Below, one piece after another: positions 18,890-27,197 of a DNA stretch of 64,000 nucleotides. The stretch lies in assembly GCA_050742435.1 (NCBI GenBank), contig JBOGIE010000001.1:1188-65187 (forward strand), in the 5' to 3' direction. Each line of letters opens with the position of its first letter. Positions within the stretch are counted from its first letter, which is position 1. The stretch is from Acidimicrobiales bacterium (lineage in GTDB: Bacteria; Actinomycetota; Acidimicrobiia; Acidimicrobiales; AC-14). The position numbers and the translations under genes are program-made. The notes beneath the pieces are model-generated. The model was given only the letters and a program-made list of their open reading frames with translations, did no database searches and was not told where the DNA came from.

Positions 18890-18919
18890 CCTGTCCCGGC
18901 CGGACTCGGCCGGGACAGG
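18890..18919 (+). terminator. Candidate intrinsic terminator hairpin after tkt (13-bp perfect stem, 4-nt loop, no U-tract)
   Basis: CCTGTCCCGGCCG (18890-18902), loop GACT, CGGCCGGGACAGG (18907-18919). The hairpin begins 10 nt after the tkt stop. Confidence 0.55.
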
Positions 18920-18987
18920 TACCCTCGTTCCGATGAGGCGTCTTCGCGTGTCCGGCCTGCGCCCTGACTGAACGGGCACTGGGCCGG

Positions 18988-19599
18988 ATGGTCGCCACGC
19001 CGCCCGCGGTCTCCACGAGGGACGCCATCCTCGCCGAGGCGCTGCGCTGCTTCGCCGAACATGGCTACGAGGGGACGTCGCTCAACGACATCGCCGCCGG
19101 TGTCGGCATCCGCCGGCCCAGCCTCCTCCACCACTTTCCGTCCAAGGAGGCCCTCTACCGCCAGGTCTTCGAGCGGGCGCTGGCCGACTGGTACCTGGAG
19201 GTCGACGCCGCCACCGAGGTCCCCCAGGAGGGCTGGCCCCAGGTCGACAAGATCCTCACCGCCGGCTTCCGCTTCTTCATGGAGCACCCCGAGTTCGTCC
19301 GCCTGGTCCGCCGGGAGGCCCTGGAGGGCGGATCCCGGCTGGGCATGGAGCTGGGGGAGGGACTCCGGCCCTACTTCACCACCGCCGTGGCCTTTTTCGC
19401 GCGGGAGATGGCCGCCGGCCGCCTGCGCCGCCACGACCCCCAGCAGCTGTTCTTCACCATCTACGGCGCCCTGGTCAGCTACTTCAGCGACATCCCGTTG
19501 CTCGAGGGGTTGCTGGGTGGCGACCCGCTGGCCGCCGACGTGGTCGAGGCCCGGCTGGAGCACCTCCGCTCCCTGCTGCGGGCCGCCCTCGAGCCGTAG
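18988..19599 (+). CDS. TetR family transcriptional regulator
   Basis: The HTH is [47 protein letters not shown]. Confidence 0.9.
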   Translation: MVATPPAVSTRDAILAEALRCFAEHGYEGTSLNDIAAGVGIRRPSLLHHFPSKEALYRQVFERALADWYLEVDAATEVPQEGWPQVDKILTAGFRFFMEHPEFVRLVRREALEGGSRLGMELGEGLRPYFTTAVAFFAREMAAGRLRRHDPQQLFFTIYGALVSYFSDIPLLEGLLGGDPLAADVVEARLEHLRSLLRAALEP

Positions 19600-19602
19600 G
19601 GC

Positions 19603-20262
19603 CTAGGCCAGGTCGTCGACGGCGAAGGCCCGGGGAGTGAGGGCGCCCAGGGCCAGGCAGGCCGGGCAGCACGCCTCGCCCGCCGCCTGCAGACCCCGCC
19701 GGGTGCCCCGCCGCCACAGCCAGAACGCCACCCCGCCGACGACCAGGACGGCCAGCACGGCGATGGCCGGCCCGCGGGCCTCGTCCAGCGCCTCCCGGGC
19801 TGCCGGGCCGAGCAGGTAGCCGAGGACGACGTGGAGCTGGATGAAGACGCTGCTTCCCAGGACCAGCGGGGGCAGGGCCCGGGCCGGGGCCAGGTTGGAG
19901 CTGCCGGCGGCGACGACGGTGACCGTGCGCAGGCCGGGCGTGGCCCGGCCGACCACCAGGGCGGCCGGGCCCCGGCGGTCGACCAGGGCGGTGGCCCGCT
20001 GCAGCCGCTCGGCGGTGAGCCCCAGCCGGGGCCCGAACCGCTGGAGCACGGCTCGGCCCGGCCCCCGGACCACGAAGAACAGGGTGGCCGTGCCCACCGC
20101 CGCCACCAGCTCCAGGGCGACGACCACCAGCAGGAGGGGGAAGCGCCCGGCCGAGGCCCGCTCGCCCAGGACCAGCAGGAGGATGTCGGACGGCACGGGG
20201 ACCGGCACGCCGGCCTCCATGGCGGCCAGCAGGGCGGCGAAGACGGGCAGCCCGTAGTTCAA
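19603..20262 (-). CDS. DedA family (VTT domain) membrane protein
   Basis: TTG at 20262 is preceded by AAGGAG and overlaps the upstream stop (TTGA, 20259-20262). The motifs EAGVPVPVPSDILLLVLG and ALVVGRATPGLRTV are DedA-like. Confidence 0.75.
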   Translation of the reverse strand: MNYGLPVFAALLAAMEAGVPVPVPSDILLLVLGERASAGRFPLLLVVVALELVAAVGTATLFFVVRGPGRAVLQRFGPRLGLTAERLQRATALVDRRGPAALVVGRATPGLRTVTVVAAGSSNLAPARALPPLVLGSSVFIQLHVVLGYLLGPAAREALDEARGPAIAVLAVLVVGGVAFWLWRRGTRRGLQAAGEACCPACLALGALTPRAFAVDDLA

Positions 20263-20705
20263 CGGTTCTCCTTGCGCCACACGAAGCGCAGGCCCGACCA
20301 CACGTCGGTCACCGCGCACACCTTGTTGTCGACCAGGCCCTGAGGCAGGCCGACCTCCCGCAGCACGTCCTCGGTGAGGTCGGTCGGGACCTTGGAGGAC
20401 CGCTTGGGCCAGGCCACCCAGAAGGCGCCCGCCGGCCGCACGGCGGTGGCCACGGCCGGGAACCGGCGCTCCAGCTCCCGGCGCTCGGTGACGAACAGCA
20501 CGGCCACGTCCACCTGGGGCGGGAGCCGGCGCACGATGCGCACGCCGGGCGGCAGGGGGGCGAGCTCGTCCGGGAACCCCTCGGGCGCGCCGAGCAGGGC
20601 CACCCGCGCCTCGGCCTTGATCCCCAGCTTCTGGTTCAGCGGGGTGCCGGAGTAGCCGACCACACCAAGAACAATGCCAGTTCGGTCGAGCTCGGACGGT
20701 CTCAT
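20259..20705 (-). CDS. DUF3052-like protein
   Basis: 148 aa. GYSGTPLNQKLGI ... AFWVAWPKR ... VWSGLRFVWR matches the pattern I recall for DUF3052. Confidence 0.6.
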   Translation of the reverse strand: MRPSELDRTGIVLGVVGYSGTPLNQKLGIKAEARVALLGAPEGFPDELAPLPPGVRIVRRLPPQVDVAVLFVTERRELERRFPAVATAVRPAGAFWVAWPKRSSKVPTDLTEDVLREVGLPQGLVDNKVCAVTDVWSGLRFVWRKENR

Positions 20706-20727
20706 GTGTGGAACAATATGAGAAGCT

Positions 20728-20916
20728 ATGGAAGATCATCCTGATTGGCTCAAGCCGATCGAGGCGGCCCGCCGGCTCGGCCTCCCCACCCGGGAGCTGT
20801 ACCGCCTGATCGACCGCGGGGAGGTCCCCGCCTACAAGTTCGGCCGCACCGTCCGGTTGCTGGCCGCCGACGTCGAGGAGTACCTCCGCCGCCGTTCCGG
20901 TGAGGAAGGCCGATGA
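20728..20916 (+). CDS. Excisionase-family helix-turn-helix DNA-binding protein
   Basis: 62 aa. IEAARRLGLPTRELYRLIDRGEVPAYKFGRTVRLLAADVEEYL is a MerR/Xis-type HTH. Confidence 0.7.
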   Translation: MEDHPDWLKPIEAARRLGLPTRELYRLIDRGEVPAYKFGRTVRLLAADVEEYLRRRSGEEGR

Positions 20917-20939
20917 AGCCGAGGAGGTCTCGTCGTCGC

Positions 20940-20986
20940 CTCTTTGTCCGCTGGACCACCGCCACGGTGGTCAGGCCGACAAAGAG
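20940..20986. terminator. Compound hairpin between convergent genes (candidate bidirectional terminator)
   Basis: The outer arms are CTCTTTGTC (20940-20948) and GACAAAGAG (20978-20986). The inner arms are GACCACCG (20954-20961) and CGGTGGTC (20965-20972). The structure abuts the methyltransferase stop at 20987. Confidence 0.45.
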
Positions 20987-21775
20987 CTACGGCTTCTCGG
21001 CGACGAGGAGCTTGTAGCCGGCGATCCCGGCCTCGACGGCCCGGGCGGCGGCGGCCACCTTGGCCCGGGCACCGTCGAAGTCGATGCCCTCCAGGGCGGC
21101 GACCTTGGCCATGCGGAAGGCGACCAGCCGGGCGTCGATCTGGTCGATCATTCGGGCCAGGGCGTCGTCGTGGTCCTCGGTGAGGGTGACCCGCAGCCCT
21201 TCGGCCTCGAGCAGGGAGACGTACTCGTCGAGCGACCGGGCGTCGGCCAGGCAGGCCACCCAGCCGGCCATGCTGCGGAGCTCGTCGTCGAGGCGGCTGG
21301 GATCGAGGGCGACGTCGGTGATGCCGAGGCGACCGCCCGGCCGCAGGACCCGGGCCAGCTCCCGGGCCGCGGTCGGCTTGTCGGGGAAGGTGCAGAAGGC
21401 GCACTCGCAGACCACGACGTCGACCGAGGCGTCGGCGAGAGGCAGCCGCTCGGCGTCGCCCACCGTGAAATGCACCCGGTCGCCGACCCCCTGCTCGGCC
21501 GCCCGGGCGTTGGCCTTGGCCACCGACTGCTCGCCCAGGTCGACCCCCTGCACCTCCACCCCGAACTCGGCGGCGAGCAGGAAGGCGGTGGCGCCAGGGC
21601 CGCTGGCCACGTCGAGCACCTTCTGGCCGGACCGCAGGTCGAGCGAACGAGCCAGGCGCCGGGTCAGCTCGAGGCCGCCCGGGTGGTAGCTCTCGCCCAG
21701 GATGAGGGCCACCACGTCGGACTGGTAGGAGCGGGCGCAGCAGGCCTTGGTCTCCTCGGCCGCCAGGTCCGTCAT
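20987..21775 (-). CDS. Class I SAM-dependent methyltransferase, ArsM/UbiE-like, with N-terminal CC motif
   Basis: ATG at 21775 overlaps the radical-SAM stop (ATGA, 21772-21775). The SAM-binding motif is VLDVASGPGA. Other features are ACCARSY...LGESYHPGG and VVCECAFCTFPDK. Confidence 0.8.
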   Translation of the reverse strand: MTDLAAEETKACCARSYQSDVVALILGESYHPGGLELTRRLARSLDLRSGQKVLDVASGPGATAFLLAAEFGVEVQGVDLGEQSVAKANARAAEQGVGDRVHFTVGDAERLPLADASVDVVVCECAFCTFPDKPTAARELARVLRPGGRLGITDVALDPSRLDDELRSMAGWVACLADARSLDEYVSLLEAEGLRVTLTEDHDDALARMIDQIDARLVAFRMAKVAALEGIDFDGARAKVAAAARAVEAGIAGYKLLVAEKP

Positions 21776-23331
21776 CGCAGGTTCTTGCCGATGTTGGTGG
21801 CGTCCTTCGGCTTGTGGGAGCCGCCGTTGCCTTCCCCGTTCCCCGCCGTCTTCGACCCGTAGCGGGTGGTGAGCAGCACGGGCTGCAGGCCGGTGGCGTT
21901 GGGCACGATGGTGGGGATGGGCACGCCCGAGAGCTCCTCGCGGATCTGCTCGCGGTAGCCGACGGAGTTGTAGGCGCAGAACGGGATGAGCCGCCCGTCC
22001 GGGGTGATCTCCTCGACGCAACACTTCATCAGGGCCTTGACGTTGAGGGTGTACGGGTCCTGGAAGTCCTGGATGACGATCATGAAGGACTTGTCGCCGA
22101 TCTCCTGGAGGGCCTCGGGCAGGTCGATGCCGCAGGTGGCGCACTCCAGGGGGGCGGTGGTGTTCCCGTCCGACCCGGCGGGCACGGCCGACGCCGACCA
22201 CAGCTTCTCCAGCGCCCCCCGCACGCTCATGTCGGGCATGACCCGGTTGCTGACGTAGTCGAGGTAGTCGTCGACGTTGACCAGCCGGGGGATGGGCACC
22301 ACGTTCTCCCCGTCGACCAGCAGGTAGGTGATCGACCGGCAGGTCGGGAAGCAGCAGGGGACGGGCACGAAGTCCGAGAGCTTGAACCACTCGGGGATCT
22401 GGTCGACCGCGCCGTGGATGATGTCGGCGTTGGTCAGGCGCTGCATGGGGTCGAACTCCACGTGGCGGCCGGAGTGGGTGACGGGCTGAAAGGCCACCGA
22501 CCGCACGGCGGGGTGCTTGACGCCGAACCTGATGATGTCGCCGATCTCGTGCTCGTTCAGGCCCTTCTCGATGGCGGCCACAAGCGACACGCCCAGGCCG
22601 AACTCGGCGCAGTTGTCGAGGGCCTTCTGCTTGGCTGCCCGCAGGTCGCGGCCCCGGATGGCCAGGTGGGTCGACTCCTCGAACCCGTCGAACTGCATGT
22701 AGATGACCGGCTTGAGCTCGGCCAGCTGGGACAGGAACTTGCGGTCGTGGGCCAGGCGGATGCCGTTGGTGTTGAGCGTGACCATGTGGACGCCCTTGTC
22801 CTTGGCCATCTTGATGAAGTCGAGGATCCGGGGGTGGATGGTGGGCTCGCCCCCGCTGAACATGACGACCTCGGGCTCGCCCTCGGCGCGCACGAAGGCG
22901 TCGAGGCCGGCCTCGACCTGGTCGAGGGTCAGGGAGAACCCGTCGGGCTGGTGGCCGGAGTCGGCGAAGCAGATGGGGCAGTCCAGGTTGCAGTTGCTGT
23001 TGACCTCGATGATGCCCAGGCAGGCGTGCTGCTTGTGCTCCGGGCACAGGCCGCAGTCCAGCGGGCAGCCGTCCTTGACCTCGGTCTGGGTCTCCAGGGG
23101 GATGGTGCCCGGCTTGTTGTATCGGAGGGAGTCGAAGTACATCTTGGCGTCGGAGTAGAGGAGGGCCTCGAACTTCCCGTGCTCGGTGCAGCGCTTGCGC
23201 AGGAAGACCTTGTTGTCCTTGACGTTCACCTCGGCGTCGATGACGGTCTTGCACACCGGGCAGATGCTCTTCGTGTACTCGAGGAACACCTCGTCCCGGT
23301 CGACTTTTTGCCGAGGTGGCGTAAGGGTCAC
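21772..23331 (-). CDS. Radical SAM protein, COG1964 / Tes (GDGT-MAS)-like, with multiple Fe-S cluster motifs
   Basis: 519 aa with a GTG start preceded by GGGAGG. The N-terminus has CPVC...C.EHG. Next come CPLDCGLCPEHKQHAC (C89/93/96/104) and CNLDCPIC (C114/118/121, CX3CX2C). The C-terminus has PCCFPTC and KCC...FCAYN. Confidence 0.8.
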   Translation of the reverse strand: MTLTPPRQKVDRDEVFLEYTKSICPVCKTVIDAEVNVKDNKVFLRKRCTEHGKFEALLYSDAKMYFDSLRYNKPGTIPLETQTEVKDGCPLDCGLCPEHKQHACLGIIEVNSNCNLDCPICFADSGHQPDGFSLTLDQVEAGLDAFVRAEGEPEVVMFSGGEPTIHPRILDFIKMAKDKGVHMVTLNTNGIRLAHDRKFLSQLAELKPVIYMQFDGFEESTHLAIRGRDLRAAKQKALDNCAEFGLGVSLVAAIEKGLNEHEIGDIIRFGVKHPAVRSVAFQPVTHSGRHVEFDPMQRLTNADIIHGAVDQIPEWFKLSDFVPVPCCFPTCRSITYLLVDGENVVPIPRLVNVDDYLDYVSNRVMPDMSVRGALEKLWSASAVPAGSDGNTTAPLECATCGIDLPEALQEIGDKSFMIVIQDFQDPYTLNVKALMKCCVEEITPDGRLIPFCAYNSVGYREQIREELSGVPIPTIVPNATGLQPVLLTTRYGSKTAGNGEGNGGSHKPKDATNIGKNLR

Positions 23332-23427
23332 AGTGGCCTCCCGTCATGGCGCGCCGCGATGAATCGGCCCGAAAGCTAGCACCGGGGTCTTCGGGGCCCG
23401 GACCTCAGGCGGATGCCTGCGGGCCGG

Positions 23428-23778
23428 CTACAGGGGCGGATCCGCCGCGACCGAGATGCGGGAGAGGCGCCCGTCGGCCGCCACCTCCACCTCGTCCACC
23501 CCCTCCAGGAGCGTCGCTCCCTCGGCGGTCACGATGGCCCACCGGAACGTCCCACCCTCGACCGGGCCGAGCCGGGCGACGCTGGCGCCCGCCATCCGGG
23601 TCTGCAGGGCGACGATCAGGCCCTCCACCGCGTCCCGGCCGCGGAACGTCCCGGTCGGCCCGGTGAACTCGAAATCGTCGGTGACCGAGGCGGTCAGCAG
23701 CTCGGCGCGGACCATGGGGTCGGGGTCGTTCCACGCCGCCACGTAGCCGTCGACGGACGCCTCGAGGTCAGCCGGCAT
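23428..23778 (-). CDS. SnoaL-like / NTF2-fold protein
   Basis: ATG at 23778 lies within track ORF 23428-24690. The 116-aa product has YVAAWNDPDP...GRDAVEGLI, a pattern typical of small NTF2-like proteins. Confidence 0.6.
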   Translation of the reverse strand: MPADLEASVDGYVAAWNDPDPMVRAELLTASVTDDFEFTGPTGTFRGRDAVEGLIVALQTRMAGASVARLGPVEGGTFRWAIVTAEGATLLEGVDEVEVAADGRLSRISVAADPPL

Positions 23779-23847
23779 CGGCCGCGACGGTACCCGGCAC
23801 GCGTCCCCGCTACAGTCCCGCAACAATCTCTGTTGATACGAGGTGGG

Positions 23848-24729
23848 ATGGTTGGAAAGCGGCAGGTGGGTGTGGCGGCCGCCGTCCTGGCCCTGCTGGT
23901 GGGCGCGGCGTGCGGGGACGGGGGCTCGACCGAGGCGGGTGGCGGGGGGACGCTGCGGGTCAGCGGGTCCACGACGGTGAACCCGGTCGCCGCCGACGCC
24001 GCCGAGGTGCTGCGCAAGCAGGGGCTCAAGATCACCGTCGACGCCCAGGGCGGCTCGGCCGGCGGCATCTCCCAGCTGGCCCAGGGTCAGGTGGAGATCG
24101 CCATGAGCTCCAAGCCCATCGGCGACGCCGACCGCGCCGCCTTCCCGTCCGCCGAGTTCGTCACCACCCAGATCGGCTCGGACGCGGTCGGCATCATCGT
24201 CCGCCGCGAGCTCTACGACGCCGGGGTCAGGAACCTCACCCGCGACCAGCTCAAGGCCCTCTTCGAGGGCCGCATCCGGAGCTGGCGGGAGCTGGGCGGC
24301 CCCGACGTGGAGGTTTTCGTCTACGACAAGGAGCCGGGACGGGGCACCCGTGAGGTGATCGACACGTACCTCTACGGCAGCGCCAAGGCGCCGCCGCCGC
24401 CCCAGTCGAACAACTTCGCCATCGTGGGAGGGAACGAGGAGGGCCGGGCCAAGGTGCTGTCGACCACCGGCGCGGTCACGCCGCTCTCCACGTCGTTCAT
24501 CACCGGCTACCCCAAGCTGGCCGCGGTGGCGGTCGACGGGGTCGAACCCACGCCGGCCCACATCATCGACCGGTCCTACGCCATGTCCCGGCCGCTCTAC
24601 CTGGTCTCCAACGGGCCGCCCACCGGCGCGGCAAGGACCTTCGTCGACTACCTCGTAGGCGACGGGGGGCAGAAGCTGGTCACCAGGCATGGGTACCTGA
24701 CCCTCGCCGAGCTGGGCGCCCGCCGCTGA
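23848..24729 (+). CDS. PstS-family (PBP-like 2) substrate-binding lipoprotein of a second Pst-like ABC system
   Basis: ATG at 23848 lies within track ORF 23413-24729. It has a lipobox (LLVGAAC). Other motifs are LRVSGSTTVNP, GGSAGGISQLAQGQVEIAMSS and RPLYLV. Confidence 0.8.
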   Translation: MVGKRQVGVAAAVLALLVGAACGDGGSTEAGGGGTLRVSGSTTVNPVAADAAEVLRKQGLKITVDAQGGSAGGISQLAQGQVEIAMSSKPIGDADRAAFPSAEFVTTQIGSDAVGIIVRRELYDAGVRNLTRDQLKALFEGRIRSWRELGGPDVEVFVYDKEPGRGTREVIDTYLYGSAKAPPPPQSNNFAIVGGNEEGRAKVLSTTGAVTPLSTSFITGYPKLAAVAVDGVEPTPAHIIDRSYAMSRPLYLVSNGPPTGAARTFVDYLVGDGGQKLVTRHGYLTLAELGARR

Positions 24730-24839
24730 TCAACTCGCTGGTCCCGCGGTCGAGGTCGAGGTTCCCCTGGCTGGCCGCCGGGCTGGGTACGGCCGCCGGC
24801 GCGGCCGGGCTGGCCCTCCTCCTCATCGTCGCCTTCCTC

Positions 24840-26507
24840 GTGGTCGGTGCCGGATCGGGCGCACTCGACTGGGGCCGGTTGCTCACCTCGGCCGTGTGGG
24901 ACTTCCCCCGCGGCCGGTTCGGCGCCACGGCCATGATCTGGGGGACGGCCGCGGTGGCCGCCATCGCCCTGCTCATCGCCGCGCCGGTGGGGTGGGCGGT
25001 GGCCGTGGCCATCCACGAGGTGGCGCCGGTGCGCGGGCGACGCCTGCTGCGGTCGGGCGCCGAGCTGCTGGCCGTCGTTCCGTCGATCGTGTACGGCCTG
25101 GTCGGGGTGGCCTACGTCCGGCCCTTCGTCGCCCGGGTGGCCGACGTCCCCGGGGGCGACAGCCTGCTGGCCGGCGGGCTGGTGCTGGCCGTCATGGTCC
25201 TGCCCACGATCGTGGCCGTCTCGGTCGACGCCCTGGCCGCGGTGCCCGCCTCGGCGCGGGAGGCGGCCGCGGCCTGCGGGCTCACGAGGACCGAGGTGAT
25301 CCGCTCGGCCGTCCTTCCCCAGGCCCGCAGGGGCATGCGGGCCGGGCTGCTGCTCGGACTGGCCCGGGCCCTCGGCGAGACGGTGGCGGTGTTCCTGGTC
25401 GTGGGCCGGGCCGACGGCCGGCTGCCGGAGTCCCTGGGTGCCATGTTCGACGTGCTCGTCCGCCCGGGCCAGACCCTGACCACCAAGCTGAACGGTCCCG
25501 AGAGCGTCCTGGCCGGCACGTCGGGACCGCACTGGGCCGCCCTCTGCGGCCTCGGCCTGATCCTGCTGGTGGCGGTGGCCGGGCTCACGGTCGCCGGCGC
25601 CGGCCACGGCCGCCCGGGGCCGGCCGGCCGGATGGTGCGCACCCGCCTGCACGGGGCCCACCGGGCCCGCCGCCTACGGGACCGTGCCGGGCGCGCCGTC
25701 CTGGCCGCCGTCCTGGCCCTGCCGTTCCTGGCCATGGCCGCCATCGTCCTGGTGGCGGCGACCAAGGGGTCCCGGGCCCTCGACCCCGGGTTCTGGTGGG
25801 CGGCGGCCGAGGGGGCCAGCGGTGGGGGGATCCGGGAGCAGCTGGCCGGCACCGCCGTGCTGGTGATGGTCGCCGGACTGATCGCCGCGCCGGTGGGGCT
25901 GGGCCTGGGCCTGGTGATGTCCGAGTACGCCCCACCCGCGGCCAGCCGGTGGATGCGGACCCTCACCCTGACCCTGGGCGGTGTGCCCTCGATCCTGCTC
26001 GGGCTCTGGGGCTACTGGCTCTTCTCCACCCGGATGGGGTGGGGCAAGAGCTGGCTGGCCGGGAGCATCGTGCTGGCCGTCGTCGCCATCCCCCCCGTGG
26101 TCATCGCCGTGGCCGCCGCGGCCGCCGCCCTGCCCCCGGCCCGGCGGGAGGCCGCCCTGGCCGTCGGCCTGCGGCGGAACCAGCTGGTCCGCTCCGTCCT
26201 CCTGCCCCAGGCCGTCCCCGGCCTGGTCACCGGCCTCCTGCTCGGGCTGGCCCGGGCCGCGGGGGAGACGGCCCCCCTCCTGTTCACCGCCACCGTCTTC
26301 AACGGGGCGCCCGTCCTACCCTCCGGCATCCGGGAGTCGCCCGTGGCCTCCCTCCCCACCCACATCTTCGTGCTGGCCCAGGACGCCGCCGATCCCGAGG
26401 CCCTTCGGGTGGCGTGGGGGGCGGCCCTGGCCCTCATCGTGGTCGCCGGGTTGCTGGTGGCCGGCGCCGTCCCCGCCCGCCGCTGGATGCACCGGAGCGG
26501 CGCATGA
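24840..26507 (+). CDS. Fused PstC-PstA-like ABC permease (two MetI-type domains in one polypeptide); true start probably upstream and non-canonical
   Basis: There are two EAA loops, SAREAAAACGLTRTEVIRSAVLP and PARREAALAVGLRRNQLVRSVLLP. The first canonical start (GTG 24840) falls inside a predicted TM helix. The reading frame stays open back to CTG 24726. Confidence 0.8.
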   Translation: MVGAGSGALDWGRLLTSAVWDFPRGRFGATAMIWGTAAVAAIALLIAAPVGWAVAVAIHEVAPVRGRRLLRSGAELLAVVPSIVYGLVGVAYVRPFVARVADVPGGDSLLAGGLVLAVMVLPTIVAVSVDALAAVPASAREAAAACGLTRTEVIRSAVLPQARRGMRAGLLLGLARALGETVAVFLVVGRADGRLPESLGAMFDVLVRPGQTLTTKLNGPESVLAGTSGPHWAALCGLGLILLVAVAGLTVAGAGHGRPGPAGRMVRTRLHGAHRARRLRDRAGRAVLAAVLALPFLAMAAIVLVAATKGSRALDPGFWWAAAEGASGGGIREQLAGTAVLVMVAGLIAAPVGLGLGLVMSEYAPPAASRWMRTLTLTLGGVPSILLGLWGYWLFSTRMGWGKSWLAGSIVLAVVAIPPVVIAVAAAAAALPPARREAALAVGLRRNQLVRSVLLPQAVPGLVTGLLLGLARAAGETAPLLFTATVFNGAPVLPSGIRESPVASLPTHIFVLAQDAADPEALRVAWGAALALIVVAGLLVAGAVPARRWMHRSGA

Positions 26508-27187
26508 CGGCACAGCCCGCGGTGCGCCTGGGCGACCTCGTCGTCCGCCACGGGAGGCGGTCGCTCGTCGGCCCCGTCTCCTTTGAGCTGCCCCGGGCCA
26601 GCACCCTGGGGCTGCAGGGGCCCTCCGGCTCGGGCAAGTCGACGACCCTGCGGGCCCTCGTGGGGCTGCTCCCGGCACCGCTCAAGGTCTCGGGGAAGGT
26701 CGAGGTGCTGGGCCGGGACGTGTGCGCTCCGGGTGTCGACATGGCCGAACTGCGCGCTCGCGCCGTCCTGGTGGGCCAGACGCCGGTGGTCTTCCCGGCG
26801 TCGGTCCTGGCCAACGCCGCCTTCGGGTTGCGCCACGTGGCCCGCATCCCCCGCGACGAGCTGCGCCGGCGCAGCGAGGCGGCTCTGGTGGAGGCCGGTC
26901 TGTGGGAGGAGGTCGCCGACCGCCTCGACGCCCCGGCCGACCAGCTCAGCGTGGGCCAGCGCCAGCGGCTGTGCCTGGCCCGCGCCCTGGCCCTCGACCC
27001 CGAACTGCTCCTCCTCGACGAGCCCACCAGCGCCCTCGACCCCGCGGCAACCCGCACGGTGGAGGACGCCATCACCAGCCTCCGGGGCCGCACCGTGCTC
27101 ATCGTGTCCCACGACCAGGACCAGCTGGCCCGGCTGTGCGCGGCGGTGGTCGACCTGGCCCCGGCCATCGGCTCCCCGCTCTCGTAG
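26504..27187 (+). CDS. PstB-like ABC ATPase (divergent)
   Basis: ATG at 26504 overlaps the permease stop (ATGA). Motifs are Walker A GPSGSGKST, signature LSVGQRQRL, Walker B LLLLDEPTSALD, and the PstB-like GLWEEVADRL. Confidence 0.8.
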   Translation: MTAQPAVRLGDLVVRHGRRSLVGPVSFELPRASTLGLQGPSGSGKSTTLRALVGLLPAPLKVSGKVEVLGRDVCAPGVDMAELRARAVLVGQTPVVFPASVLANAAFGLRHVARIPRDELRRRSEAALVEAGLWEEVADRLDAPADQLSVGQRQRLCLARALALDPELLLLDEPTSALDPAATRTVEDAITSLRGRTVLIVSHDQDQLARLCAAVVDLAPAIGSPLS

Positions 27188-27197
27188 CCTCGGAGGG

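Noticed and set aside
20728-20916. The excisionase-type HTH gene (and the holin-like gene at 54488-54829) considered as markers of a prophage or integrative element.
   Set aside because: I found no integrase, no phage structural or replication genes, no flanking direct repeats and no tRNA target. Both genes sit among housekeeping genes, and such small HTH and Holin-X-like genes occur as chromosomal genes in actinobacteria.
20987-23347. A 786-aa track ORF that suggests a single radical-SAM/methyltransferase fusion protein.
   Set aside because: Only the C-terminal 262 aa (from ATG 21775) are methyltransferase. The upstream part is an out-of-frame shadow of the radical SAM gene, which is read in the 21772-23331 frame. 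The two genes are separate and coupled by an ATGA overlap.
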